A stretch of 64,000 bases of DNA from positions 352,001-416,000 of the forward strand of contig CAVRCF010000001.1 in assembly GCA_963719505.1 (NCBI GenBank), written 5' to 3'. The notes beneath the pieces were generated by a model that saw only the letters and a program-made list of their open reading frames with translations, made no database searches and was not told the DNA's origin. Shown piece after piece: positions 10,758 to 21,910 of this stretch. The DNA comes from Halobacteriovoraceae bacterium (GTDB taxonomy: Bacteria; Bdellovibrionota; Bacteriovoracia; Bacteriovoracales; Bacteriovoracaceae). A program made the position numbers and the translations under genes. The stretch's first letter is position 1. Each line of letters starts with the position of its first letter.

Positions 10758-11276
10758 GTGACTATGCAAATTAAAAATTTCGAACTCAAAGCCAAATTGA
10801 AAGATCCAGATAAAGTAAAAGATATTCTTCTTGAACTTAATGCTGATTATAAAGGATGTGATGAGCAGTTAGATTCTTATTTTAATGTTCCCAGTGGAAG
10901 ATTAAAACTTAGACAGGGAAATATTGAAAATTCTCTCATTTTTTACAAAAGAGAGGATACAAATAAAGCTAAGGAGTCAGATATCTCCTTTTCTAAAATT
11001 CCTTTTGAATCTGATAATATACTTGATGTTCTCACTCATGCTTTAGGGGTTAAGAAGGTTATAATAAAGAAGAGGGATATATATTTTATCTACCATGTAA
11101 AGTTTCATATCGATTATCTAGAAGGACTGGGCTCTTTTGTTGAAGTAGAAGTTATTGACGATAAAAATGAGTACTCAATTGAACAGATGAAGGAGCTTTG
11201 TCTCTTTTATAAAAACAAACTCGAAATTAGTGATTCTGATTTAATTGATAAGTCTTATTCTGATATGGTTCTATAG
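10758..11276 (+). CDS. CYTH-domain protein (class IV adenylate cyclase-like)
   Basis: NFELKA (ExExK-like), QLDSYF, GRLKLR, KKRDIY, GLGSFVEVE. Confidence 0.9.
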   Translation: MTMQIKNFELKAKLKDPDKVKDILLELNADYKGCDEQLDSYFNVPSGRLKLRQGNIENSLIFYKREDTNKAKESDISFSKIPFESDNILDVLTHALGVKKVIIKKRDIYFIYHVKFHIDYLEGLGSFVEVEVIDDKNEYSIEQMKELCLFYKNKLEISDSDLIDKSYSDMVL

Positions 11277-11343
11277 GACCAGGTTTTTTGGTGGTTCTAT
11301 GGGGGCACTGTCAAAAATGCAAAAAAAATGCCCCGATAGGGGC
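11267..11343. repeat. Three copies of the 14-bp palindromic motif (11267, 11293, 11330)
   Basis: GGTTCTATAGGACC, GGTTCTATGGGGGC, GCCCCGATAGGGGC; same family as the mnmE repeats. Confidence 0.8.
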
Positions 11344-11347
11344 ATTT
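11321..11347 (-). terminator. Intrinsic terminator of the atp F1 operon (possibly bidirectional)
   Basis: AAATGCCCC-GATA-GGGGCATTT hairpin with A8 on + (U tract on -), between convergent CYTH gene and atpC. Confidence 0.8.
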
Positions 11348-11358
11348 AATTTATCTTT

Positions 11359-11769
11359 TTAATTTTGATTACCAAGCTTGAGCCTCATTTTGGCCCTCTC
11401 AAGTTTTCTTCTAAACTTAATAATGTCTACATCTGTAAGAGAAGAGTCACCCTTTAGTCTAGATTCAGCTTTTGCTTTTGCAGCTTTTGCTCTTGCAATA
11501 TCAATTTGATCAGCTGTTTCTGAAGTTGTTGAAAGAACATTTACTTCTTTTTCAATCACTTTTAGTAAGCCAGCTGTCACTGAAAATTTTCTCTCACCAC
11601 TACCAACTTTAGCCGTTAGGATACCAGTTGCTAATTCAGAGATTAAATTTATATGTCCAGGTAGAACATTAATTTCACCATTAACAGTTGGTATTGTAAA
11701 AGAGTCACAATCGAGACCCTTTAAGATAACACCATTTGGAGTGAAAATATTTAATTTAAAGTTACTCAT
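11359..11769 (-). CDS. atpC: ATP synthase epsilon subunit
   Basis: IFTPNG, PTVNGEINVLPGH, IDIARA; follows atpD. Confidence 0.95.
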   Translation of the reverse strand: MSNFKLNIFTPNGVILKGLDCDSFTIPTVNGEINVLPGHINLISELATGILTAKVGSGERKFSVTAGLLKVIEKEVNVLSTTSETADQIDIARAKAAKAKAESRLKGDSSLTDVDIIKFRRKLERAKMRLKLGNQN

Positions 11770-11772
11770 TTT

Positions 11773-13177
<1,405 letters not shown>

Positions 13178-13189
13178 TATTATGTCTCC

Positions 13190-14060
13190 CTAAGAGTTAA
13201 GCGACTCAGCACCAGACACAATTTCTGTTAATTCTGTCGTAATCGCTGCTTGTCTTAATTTGTTTATTGTTAATGTTAAATCTTTAATCATATCTCTTAC
13301 AGTTATTTGTCGCATTATCCATCGCCGTCATTCTGGCTCCGTGCTCAGCTGCAATTGCATCAAGAATACATGTGTAAATTGTCGTGTTTAATACTTCTGG
13401 GATTAAGTTATCCAAAATCTTTGCAGCACTTGGCTCGTAGATAAAATCTATTGGAATTGTTTCAAGATTTACCACTTCACCTGTTGTTACAGTCATTGGA
13501 AGAAGCTTGTTTTACACTCGAGTTAAATTCAATTGCTGAAACAAAAGCATTATAAGCCGAGGTAGACATTAGCAACTTCGCCAGAGACAAATTTTTCAGC
13601 AAGTTCGCTTGCAATGGCCTTAACTTCATCAAAAGTTGGGTCATTTTTTGCGAACTCGTATTTTTTCGTCGATGGTATCCCTTCTCTTTTAAGAAGGCTT
13701 TCACTTTCTTTCCAATAAAGTAAAACTCAAATTTTTCTTGAGATTCCTTTTTAAACTTTAGGACTCTTTTATAGAGTTGTGAGTTATAACCCCCACATAA
13801 TCCCTTATTAGAAGAGACGACGAGTACAATTGATTTTTTAGCTTCTGTATTTTCCTTAAGGTACTCATGAGAATAGTTTTCTACAAGTGAGGAAGCCATA
13901 CGAACAGTCTTTCTAATTCAGAAGAATAAGGCTTAAAGTTCGTTATCTTTCCTTGAGCTTTTGACAGCTTTGCTGCAGAAACCAGTTTCATGGCACTAGT
14001 GATCTTGAAAGTATTTTTCGTACTTTTAATTCTAATTTTAAGATCTTTAATATTAGCCAT
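13190..14060 (-). CDS. atpG: ATP synthase gamma subunit (frameshifted in this assembly)
   Basis: MANIKDLKIRIKSTKNTFKITSAMKLVS start, SNKGLCGGYN, EHGARMTAM, RQAAITTELTEIVSGA end. Confidence 0.93.
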
Positions 14061-14080
14061 TAGTTCCTCTTAAGTTTCTA

Positions 14081-15590
14081 TTATTTATTAGCGTCAACAA
14101 AAGCTTTAATAACTTCGTTTAACTTCGCTTCAGATTCTGGCGAGATTTTTTTCTCGTTAGCAATAGCATTACGAAGGTCAGAGTGTTTCGCTGTAACGTG
14201 TTCGATTAAGTTTTTCTCTATAGAAACAATTTTAGATTTATGAACTGAATCGAAGAAACCTTTTGTTGCAGCATAGATACTAATAACTTGATCTTCAACT
14301 TCAAAAGGTGAGTATTGTGGTTGCTTAAGAAGTTCTACCAATCTCTCCCCTCTTTCAAGTTGCTTTCTTGTTGCTTCATCAAGATCTGATGCAAACTGAG
14401 AGAAAGCTTGAAGTTCTCTATATTGAGCAAGGTCTAGTCTAAGAGTACCAGCAACACCTTTCATTGCTTTAATTTGTGCAGAACCACCAACTCTTGATAC
14501 TGAGATACCAACGTTAACAGCTGGTCTAACACCAGCGTTAAATAGATCACCCTCAAGAAAGATCTGACCATCTGTAATCGAAATAACGTTCGTTGGAATA
14601 TAAGCCGAAACGTCACCTTCTTGAGTTTCAATAATTGGAAGAGCTGTTAATGAACCAGCACCAACATCATCACTCATCTTTGCTGCACGCTCAAGAAGTC
14701 TTGAGTGAACATAGAATACATCCCCTGGGAATGCTTCTCGTCCTGGTGGACGTCTAAGAAGAAGTGATAATTGTCTATATGCTTGAGCTTGTTTAGTTAA
14801 GTCATCATAAACGATAAGTGCATGTTGTCCGTTATCTCTATAGTACTCACCCATTGTACAACCAGTAGTAAGGTGCAATGTATTGAAGAGGAGCTGACTG
14901 AGATGCTGAAGCATTTACGATAATTGTATACTCAAGGGCACCAGCTTCTTTAAGTTTTTGATAAACTTGTCTAACTGTTGATTGCTTTTGTCCGATCGCC
15001 ACGTAAATACATTTAACGTCTTTACCTTTTTGATTGATAATAGTATCGATAGCAACGGCTGTTTTTCCAGTTTTTCTATCACCAATAATTAGCTCTCGTT
15101 GTCCTCTTCCAATTGGAATCATAGAGTCGATTGCTTTAATACCTGTTTGCATTGGCTCATGAACTGGTTTTCTTTTAATAATACCAGGTGCTTTGATTTC
15201 AATATTTCTATATTCAGTAGCATTGATTTCACCTTTACCATCAATTGGCTCACCTATTGAGTTTACAACTCTTCCAAGAAGACCGTCACCTACTGGAACC
15301 TGAACAATTTTTTCAGTTCTTTTAACAGTAGATCCTTCTTTAATGTGTGAAGATTCACCTAGAACAGCAACACCAACGTTATTTGATTCAAGGTTTAAAA
15401 CCATCCCCTTAACGCCACCGTCGAACTCAACAAGTTCTCCAGCTAAAACGTTTTTTAAACCAAAAACTCTTGCTACACCATCACCGATAGTTAGAACAGT
15501 TCCGATTTCGTTTACATCTAATTTAGTTTCGAAATTCGCAATTCTTTCTTTGATAATTCCCGTAATTTCTTCAGGTCTCATTGTACTCAT
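14081..15590 (-). CDS. atpA: ATP synthase alpha subunit (one frameshift near 14868)
   Basis: [30 protein letters not shown]. Confidence 0.96.
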
Positions 15591-15634
15591 CCAACTAATC
15601 CTTATGTTATTGTTAAGTTATTTTTCGTCTTTTT

Positions 15635-16177
15635 TTAGTTCTCTAAAACTGACTCTTTAAAATGCTTTAACTGGTTATCAACTGACGCATCTACTTGTAG
15701 GTCATCAACTGTTATTCTATATCCGGCTGTTACGCCTTCATTCTTTTTATATTCTAAAACTGGCTCTTTACCACCAAGTTGACTTTTCAAAGCGGCAAGA
15801 AGTTTATTCTTGTGGTCGTCAGAAATTGAATCTGAATGCCCTTCGATTGTTCCTCTTAAAAAACCTTTTTCATGATCATCTATAACAATCACTTCCTTAA
15901 AAATTAAAGGGAGAAGACTTATTCTTCCTTCATTAATTAGGTAATCAACTGAGGCTTTTGTATATTTATGAAGTCCAATTTTGTCGGCGATAGCTCCAAA
16001 AACAGAAAGCTTATCTTCTTGAGAGAAAACATCTAAAAACAAAACGTTTTCTAAATCATTTGAAGAGTTAATAACCTCTGTTAATGATGTTAGCTCTTCA
16101 GCCATATTGAAGTTATTTTCTTTTGCTAAGTCTAAAAAAGACTTCGCATAAATTTTTGCTGTATTTTGCTCTTTCAT
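15635..16177 (-). CDS. atpH: ATP synthase delta subunit
   Basis: AKIYAKS N-terminus, AGYRITVDDLQVDASV C-terminus; position upstream of atpA. Confidence 0.9.
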   Translation of the reverse strand: MKEQNTAKIYAKSFLDLAKENNFNMAEELTSLTEVINSSNDLENVLFLDVFSQEDKLSVFGAIADKIGLHKYTKASVDYLINEGRISLLPLIFKEVIVIDDHEKGFLRGTIEGHSDSISDDHKNKLLAALKSQLGGKEPVLEYKKNEGVTAGYRITVDDLQVDASVDNQLKHFKESVLEN

Positions 16178-16713
16178 TATCTTAAACCCTCTAGGATTTT
16201 ATTGGTCGCTTCGGTATTTAGACCTTGGTCTGCTTTGATTTTAGTTTTTGCATTTGCGATAACAGCGTCAAGTAGCTGCTCGTTTAAATTATTAGCTAGT
16301 TCTTGTTTTTCGGTTTCAATTTTTTTAGATGCTTCTTGTTTCAAATTAGAAATTCTACTTTCAACATCTTTTTCATAATTAGATTTGTAAGTTGAAACTT
16401 CAGTTGCTCCATCTTTTTTGATGGCTTCAACTTCAGATTCTAAATTGGAAAGTTTTTTCTTTTGAGCTGCCATCAACATATCAGCTTCCTTGGCCTTAAC
16501 ACTTGCTCTTTCCATGATATTTTTAACATCTTGTGATTTTGTTTTAAAATAGTCTTTCATGATAGGGATCAAAATATACAGGAGACCGGCAGCTAAAAGA
16601 CCGATATTAACGAACGATGGTATAAGGTCAGATGGGCTTCCATGTCCAGTACCGCCGGCAGCGTGCACAGTCCCATTAACTAATAATAAAGCTAAGATTG
16701 ACTTCATTTTCAA
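16177..16713 (-). CDS. atpF: ATP synthase subunit b
   Basis: N-terminal TM (FVNIGLL) plus long charged helix; operon position. Confidence 0.8.
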   Translation of the reverse strand: MKMKSILALLLVNGTVHAAGGTGHGSPSDLIPSFVNIGLLAAGLLYILIPIMKDYFKTKSQDVKNIMERASVKAKEADMLMAAQKKKLSNLESEVEAIKKDGATEVSTYKSNYEKDVESRISNLKQEASKKIETEKQELANNLNEQLLDAVIANAKTKIKADQGLNTEATNKILEGLR

Positions 16714-17160
16714 TTATCCTTTTGTAATTTTTTGTACGAGTGACATTGCGAGTTCTTCAGCACCAGCTAGAACTTCATCTTTTTGTGCAGCAACTTTTTC
16801 TTCTGACTCTCTTCTAGATTGATCAACAAAATCGTTTACTGATTTTTCTTCTGTTCTATATTGAGATTCATACTTTTTTGTTAACGCATTTTTTTCTGCT
16901 TCTATTCTTTCTCTTTCAGCTTTTGTTGCATGAGAAATCTTCTCTTTATATTCAGCAGCAAGCCTATCAACTTCAACGAATTGTCTATCGGCATCACCCT
17001 CAAGGCCAGTTGTATTTTTTTCTCTTTTTTCGATAATGTTTTGTAAATGACCAAGAAATAAAAAGTTTGAAGCGGCTAGCACTACAATGACCATAATCAG
17101 CTGAGTCCATAGGGTTTTATCAGCACCTAAGCTCGTAAAAATACCTAAAACCATATCCAT
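16714..17160 (-). CDS. ATP synthase subunit b'
   Basis: TLWTQL TM, LFLGHLQNIIEKRE, coiled coil; first gene of the operon. Confidence 0.8.
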   Translation of the reverse strand: MDMVLGIFTSLGADKTLWTQLIMVIVVLAASNFLFLGHLQNIIEKREKNTTGLEGDADRQFVEVDRLAAEYKEKISHATKAERERIEAEKNALTKKYESQYRTEEKSVNDFVDQSRRESEEKVAAQKDEVLAGAEELAMSLVQKITKG

Positions 17161-17237
17161 AGTTTGAATCCTAATTTATTGAAGTTAAATTTAACAATAT
17201 TTGATATTCGTTCGGGGCAACATAGTCAAGTAAGATC

Positions 17238-17573
17238 TTACTTTTTATCTTTCATTTTCGTTACACCGTGAAAGATAACGCCCTCTTCTACAATAAGACT
17301 CGGAGAGGTAACAGTACCCTCAAACCTTGCAGGTCTTCTTATCTCCACTCGCGATGTCGCTTTTATGTTTCCTTTGACGGCACCTGAGATGAGAATGATA
17401 TTGGCGTTGATGTCTGCGTTGATGACAGCCCCTTCTGATATAATAAGAGTGTCATTGGAGAAGATACTTCCTGTGACGATTCCTGAGATTCTAACAATCC
17501 CATTAAATGAGAGGTTGCCTTCAAAACGACAACCCTCTTCTATAATCGCACATATTTCATTTTTGCTTGCCAC
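17238..17573 (-). CDS. Bactofilin (polymer-forming cytoskeletal protein)
   Basis: IIEEGCRFEGNLSF, ISGAVKGNI, LIVEEGVIFHG beta-helix repeats. Confidence 0.92.
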   Translation of the reverse strand: MASKNEICAIIEEGCRFEGNLSFNGIVRISGIVTGSIFSNDTLIISEGAVINADINANIILISGAVKGNIKATSRVEIRRPARFEGTVTSPSLIVEEGVIFHGVTKMKDKK

Positions 17574-17604
17574 AAAGATCTCCCTTGATCTTTATAAAGT
17601 AGAA

Positions 17605-18483
17605 TTATTTAGATATTAAAAATTTGTAAATATCATTAAACTCGGCTTCATTTGTATACTTTAGAGTAATTGTACCAGAACCATTATTTTTTGTCTTTAA
17701 TTCAAAATGGTATCCAGTTTTATTTTCGAGTTTTTGTTTAATACTATCAAGTTTCTCGTCAAAAAATTTATTACTCGTTTTAGGCTTAGATGCTCTTTTT
17801 GTTTTAATAGCTTTTTCTAAGTCTCTAACTGACATCTTCTCATCAATAGCAAGTCTCGCAAATCTCTTTGTTGCCTCGTCATCTTTTAGTGATGCTAAAA
17901 CCTTTGCATGACCAAATGAGATGTCTTCTTTCTGAAGATGCCCAATGACTTCTCGAGGAAGCTTAAGCACTCTGAGAAAGTTAGCAATTGTCGATCTCTC
18001 TTTACCAATTTGTTTTGCTACTTCTTCTTGAGTTAAACCAAATTCATTCATTAAAGAATAGTAAGATAAAGCCTCTTCAACGCAGTTTAAATCTGCTCGC
18101 TGAACGTTCTCTATAATGGCCATGGCCATATGCTCTTTCTTACTGACTTTTTTGGTCACAACAGGAACCATCTCAAGACCAGCAAGCCTTGAAGCCCTAA
18201 GTCTTCTCTCTCCAGAAATTAAAAGAAATGTTCCGTCACTTTGTTCAGTGACGATAAGGGGCTGGATAATACCATTTTCTTTTATTGAAGCTGATAATTC
18301 AGTAATCTCTTTATCTTTAAATATTTTTCTGGGCTGATCTTTATTTGCTTTAACTTTTTCTATAGGCACTAATAATGACCCATTACCTTGGCTTTTTGGC
18401 TGTCCCATATTCGGTGAAGCATTCCCACCCAATAATGCGCTCATTCCTTTACCCAGTGCTAACTTATTTTTCGTTGTTGCCAT
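17605..18483 (-). CDS. parB: Chromosome partitioning protein ParB
   Basis: ALGKGMSALL N-terminal peptide, QPRKIF, GIIQP, GERRLRA, IENVQRADL, HTH. Confidence 0.96.
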   Translation of the reverse strand: MATTKNKLALGKGMSALLGGNASPNMGQPKSQGNGSLLVPIEKVKANKDQPRKIFKDKEITELSASIKENGIIQPLIVTEQSDGTFLLISGERRLRASRLAGLEMVPVVTKKVSKKEHMAMAIIENVQRADLNCVEEALSYYSLMNEFGLTQEEVAKQIGKERSTIANFLRVLKLPREVIGHLQKEDISFGHAKVLASLKDDEATKRFARLAIDEKMSVRDLEKAIKTKRASKPKTSNKFFDEKLDSIKQKLENKTGYHFELKTKNNGSGTITLKYTNEAEFNDIYKFLISK

Positions 18484-18497
18484 CTCAATTTCCTCTC

Positions 18498-19361
18498 TTA
18501 TATTTGGTAGTCATCAAAACTTGGAATATTTAATTCATCTTTGTTTATGATTTTTTCGATAATTGGTTCATCTTTCTTTTTTAAGTCTGACTTCGCTTTA
18601 TCTTTATAAATGATTTCTTTTGCTACATTGAGGTATGCCTCTGATCCCTTGGATGTAATGTCATAAATAATTATGGGCTGACCATGACTAGAACATTCAG
18701 ATAGTTTTACGTTTCTTGGGATAATTGTTTTAAAAGTATCATTTGGAAAAGTATCTCTGATTTCCTGAGCAACTAATTTTGATAGATTATTTCTTCCATC
18801 AAACATCGTTAGCAAAATACCTTCTAATTCAATAATTGGATTTAGGTTTTGCTTTATGAGTTTTACGGTATTGATAATTTGAGCTAGTCCTTCCATCGCA
18901 AAATATTCAGTTTGCAGTGGTACAATGTAACTATCCGCTGCACTTAAACCGTTGACCGTTAATAAGGATAAAGACGGTGGACAATCGATAATAATATACT
19001 CGTATAAAGCCTCTAGAGGCTCAAGGGCAGACTTTAACTTAGACTCGCGAGCGAATGCTTGCATAAGTTCTACCTCTGCACCAATGAGGTTATTATCAGA
19101 CGGGCAGATATGAAGCTGAGGAAGTTCTGTTTCATAGATACAGCTTTCAATATTTTCACCACCTATCATCGCATGATAGATATTAGCCGTTGAAAAGTTT
19201 TCTTTACTTAACCCCAGTGCAACACTTGCATTACCCTGAGGATCTAGGTCAACTACTAGTGTCTTCTTCTCAGCTACAGCTAAGCATGCTGCTAAATTTA
19301 TGGCAGTGGTCGTTTTACCTACCCCACCCTTTTGATTTGCAATTGCTATTATTTTAGCCAT
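18498..19361 (-). CDS. parA: ParA/Soj ATPase
   Basis: [24 protein letters not shown]. Confidence 0.96.
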   Translation of the reverse strand: MAKIIAIANQKGGVGKTTTAINLAACLAVAEKKTLVVDLDPQGNASVALGLSKENFSTANIYHAMIGGENIESCIYETELPQLHICPSDNNLIGAEVELMQAFARESKLKSALEPLEALYEYIIIDCPPSLSLLTVNGLSAADSYIVPLQTEYFAMEGLAQIINTVKLIKQNLNPIIELEGILLTMFDGRNNLSKLVAQEIRDTFPNDTFKTIIPRNVKLSECSSHGQPIIIYDITSKGSEAYLNVAKEIIYKDKAKSDLKKKDEPIIEKIINKDELNIPSFDDYQI

Positions 19362-19402
19362 TTATTCTACCTCTTATATTAATTCTTCTTTAAGATTAGT
19401 TT

Positions 19403-20053
19403 TTAAAGAAGAGTGGAAAGTTTGACAAGCTCGTTTGTAATTTTTGTTGTTCCACATGGAACATTTTTTGATCTAAATCCAATTAAAAGTCTTTTTTCTG
19501 TTCCCTCAACAGACAATTCCTTCTCTTCTATTATGTCCCAATTCTTTTTTGCTAGTTCTATCTGATCTCTTTCAAGCTCGTAGAAACCAGGCCCCTTATA
19601 AAAAAACACTGTTATTTCGCATAAACTATTTATTTTTTCCAAAAAGTCATGAACCTTACCTACAGCTTTGAGGGTACAGGTCGTTGGCATATCAAAGATA
19701 ATATTCTCAATCCTAGAGTGTACTAGTTTGAAATTATCTAGCCCGAGCTTTTTTCCAATTTCGGTTACAACAATAACTTTTTTCTTTCTAGTCTCGACAC
19801 CGATAAATTTTTTGTCTGATAACCTGTGGGCCATTGGAAGGATGGGAAAACCACCACCAAACCCAATATCTATCATTACACCAGTGCTATCTAACTCTTT
19901 TACAAAAACATCAGATTGATCAAGTGGTGCAAGTGAATCATCTATCTGTTTTAAGACAAAGTCATCATAATCCACAATTCTAGTGAGGTTTATGCCTGCA
20001 TATTCGGTTGTTAATAAATCGAAGTATTTTCTTGAAAACTCTTGTTGATCCAT
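19403..20053 (-). CDS. rsmG: 16S rRNA m7G527 methyltransferase
   Basis: INLTRI, DIGFGGGFP; position between mnmG and parA. Confidence 0.88.
   Translation of the reverse strand: MDQQEFSRKYFDLLTTEYAGINLTRIVDYDDFVLKQIDDSLAPLDQSDVFVKELDSTGVMIDIGFGGGFPILPMAHRLSDKKFIGVETRKKKVIVVTEIGKKLGLDNFKLVHSRIENIIFDMPTTCTLKAVGKVHDFLEKINSLCEITVFFYKGPGFYELERDQIELAKKNWDIIEEKELSVEGTEKRLLIGFRSKNVPCGTTKITNELVKLSTLL
19448..19463. promoter_or_regulatory. parS site
   Basis: TGTTCCACATGGAACA, 1 mismatch from TGTTCCACGTGGAACA. Confidence 0.85.
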
Positions 20054-21882
20054 TACATTCCTGCCACAACAGCTAAAGTAGCTGGTCGAAGACCATCAAT
20101 AAGTTTCAATTGTCCAAAGGTTTCAGGCTTAATCTTCTCAATTCTTTGTTTACACTCAAAACTGATATTTTCTGATGAAACAAGCCTAGACCAAGATATC
20201 TTTTTAGCATTTAAGCCCATTATTTTTTGATTATGAGTAACAGCTTTAGCTATGTAGCCACTGTATTTTGTATCAATTGCAACGTTTCTAAGGACCGTAC
20301 CGTCAATAGATATCCCACTGTAGTCACAATATAACTTTAAGGTCGAAATTGGGTTAAAATTTGTATTTTTTAATAAATCAGATAGAGAAATCTTCTCTGA
20401 TACGACTAATCCAATTTCTTTAAGAAAAGGAGATTGAGGATTTATACTATTTCGCTCTACAGATTCGCTCAATGAAAAATATGTTGATAAATAGGATTCA
20501 TTGTACTTATCAACATCAGTATTTAATCCAAGTTTCTCTCTATACTTCGCTATTCTAGTAACAGTGTTATCCTCTCTCACTGATAGTCTATTTTCATTCC
20601 TAGCGGTAAAAAGTCGATAAGGTTCATCTCTAGTGTTAGATATGAGATCCTCAATCATAACTCCTATATAGCTATCAGTACGGCTCAAAACAAACTTTTC
20701 TCTGCCCAAAACACTCAAGGCTGCATTAACTCCAGCAATTAACCCCTGCCCAGCTGCCTCTTCATAACCAGAAGTACCATTGACTTGTCCAGCAAAGTAT
20801 ATGCCTGGCATTTTTTCTAATTCTAAACCATATGTTAATTGTGTTGTATCAATAACATCGTACTCAACAGCGTAACCATATTGTTCCACGTGGCACTTTT
20901 CGAGACCCTCAATCGTTTGTAAAAATTCTTCTTGAATCTCTTTGGGTAAACTTGTTGATATACCACTTGGATAGACGGTGTTTAGGTTTAAGCCTTCTGG
21001 CTCTATAAACACATGATGAATATTTTTATCAGGATATCTATAAGCCTTATCCTCAACAGAAGGACAATATCTCGCACCCACCCCTTGAATCTGGCCATTA
21101 AACATTGGAGATTTTTCTTTATTATTTCTAATAACTTCTAGTGTTTTCGTATTAGTTCGAGTTAAAAAACACGATACTTGCTTAAGATTTCTGTAAGAAT
21201 CTTTGTGCAAGCAGTGAAATGAAGCAACTGTCTCATCACTTTTTTGCTCTTCCATCAATGAGAAATTAACACTATCTTTGTTGAGTCGTGCTGGTGTACC
21301 AGTCTTAAAACGAGCAGAGACTGTATCTATATCTTTAAAAAATTCAGCCAGAGACACAGAAGGGTCAGCACCCGAACGACCACCACTTGTTTGTTCACTT
21401 CCAGTATGCATTTTACCGTTCAAGAAAGTACCAACTGTAATTACAATCTTTTTAGTGTTCCACGTGGAACTTTCTCCGTGAATGATAAAACCATCTTCGG
21501 TAGATTCTATCTTCTTAGCTTTATTTCTAATTATATCAATGTTTTCAATTTTAGAGATGAGTTCCTCAGCAAATACAGAATACATTTCTTTATCGATTTG
21601 AATTCTTGTGGATTGAACTGCAAAGCCTTTTGATTCATTTAATGTTCTGAATTGAATTCCGGCCATGTCAGCTAATTTTCCGGTAATTCCGCCTAGAGCA
21701 TCAATCTCTCTTACAACTTGACCCTTGCCTACTCCACCAATAGATGGGTTACATGGCGCAGACGCTAGGCCAACACCTGGAAGTGTAAGAATAGCTACTT
21801 TTAGACCAAATTGAGAGGATAGAAATGCGGCTTCTATACCTGCATGTCCACCACCAATGATAATGATATCGTAATTTTTCAT
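20053..21882 (-). CDS. mnmG: tRNA uridine-5-carboxymethylaminomethyl modification enzyme MnmG
   Basis: GGGHAG, CNPSIGG, RFKTGTP, RYCPSVEDK, GQVNGTSGYEEAA. Confidence 0.97.
   Translation of the reverse strand: MKNYDIIIIGGGHAGIEAAFLSSQFGLKVAILTLPGVGLASAPCNPSIGGVGKGQVVREIDALGGITGKLADMAGIQFRTLNESKGFAVQSTRIQIDKEMYSVFAEELISKIENIDIIRNKAKKIESTEDGFIIHGESSTWNTKKIVITVGTFLNGKMHTGSEQTSGGRSGADPSVSLAEFFKDIDTVSARFKTGTPARLNKDSVNFSLMEEQKSDETVASFHCLHKDSYRNLKQVSCFLTRTNTKTLEVIRNNKEKSPMFNGQIQGVGARYCPSVEDKAYRYPDKNIHHVFIEPEGLNLNTVYPSGISTSLPKEIQEEFLQTIEGLEKCHVEQYGYAVEYDVIDTTQLTYGLELEKMPGIYFAGQVNGTSGYEEAAGQGLIAGVNAALSVLGREKFVLSRTDSYIGVMIEDLISNTRDEPYRLFTARNENRLSVREDNTVTRIAKYREKLGLNTDVDKYNESYLSTYFSLSESVERNSINPQSPFLKEIGLVVSEKISLSDLLKNTNFNPISTLKLYCDYSGISIDGTVLRNVAIDTKYSGYIAKAVTHNQKIMGLNAKKISWSRLVSSENISFECKQRIEKIKPETFGQLKLIDGLRPATLAVVAGM
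20882..20897. promoter_or_regulatory. parS site (degenerate)
   Basis: TGTTCCACGTGGCACT, 2 mismatches. Confidence 0.65.
21456..21471. promoter_or_regulatory. parS site
   Basis: TGTTCCACGTGGAACT, 1 mismatch. Confidence 0.85.
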
Positions 21883-21893
21883 TTAAGACCTAA

Positions 21894-21909
21894 AGTTCCA
21901 CGTGGAACA
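21894..21909. promoter_or_regulatory. parS site in the mnmE-mnmG intergenic gap
   Basis: AGTTCCACGTGGAACA, 1 mismatch. Confidence 0.88.
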
Positions 21910-21910
21910 A

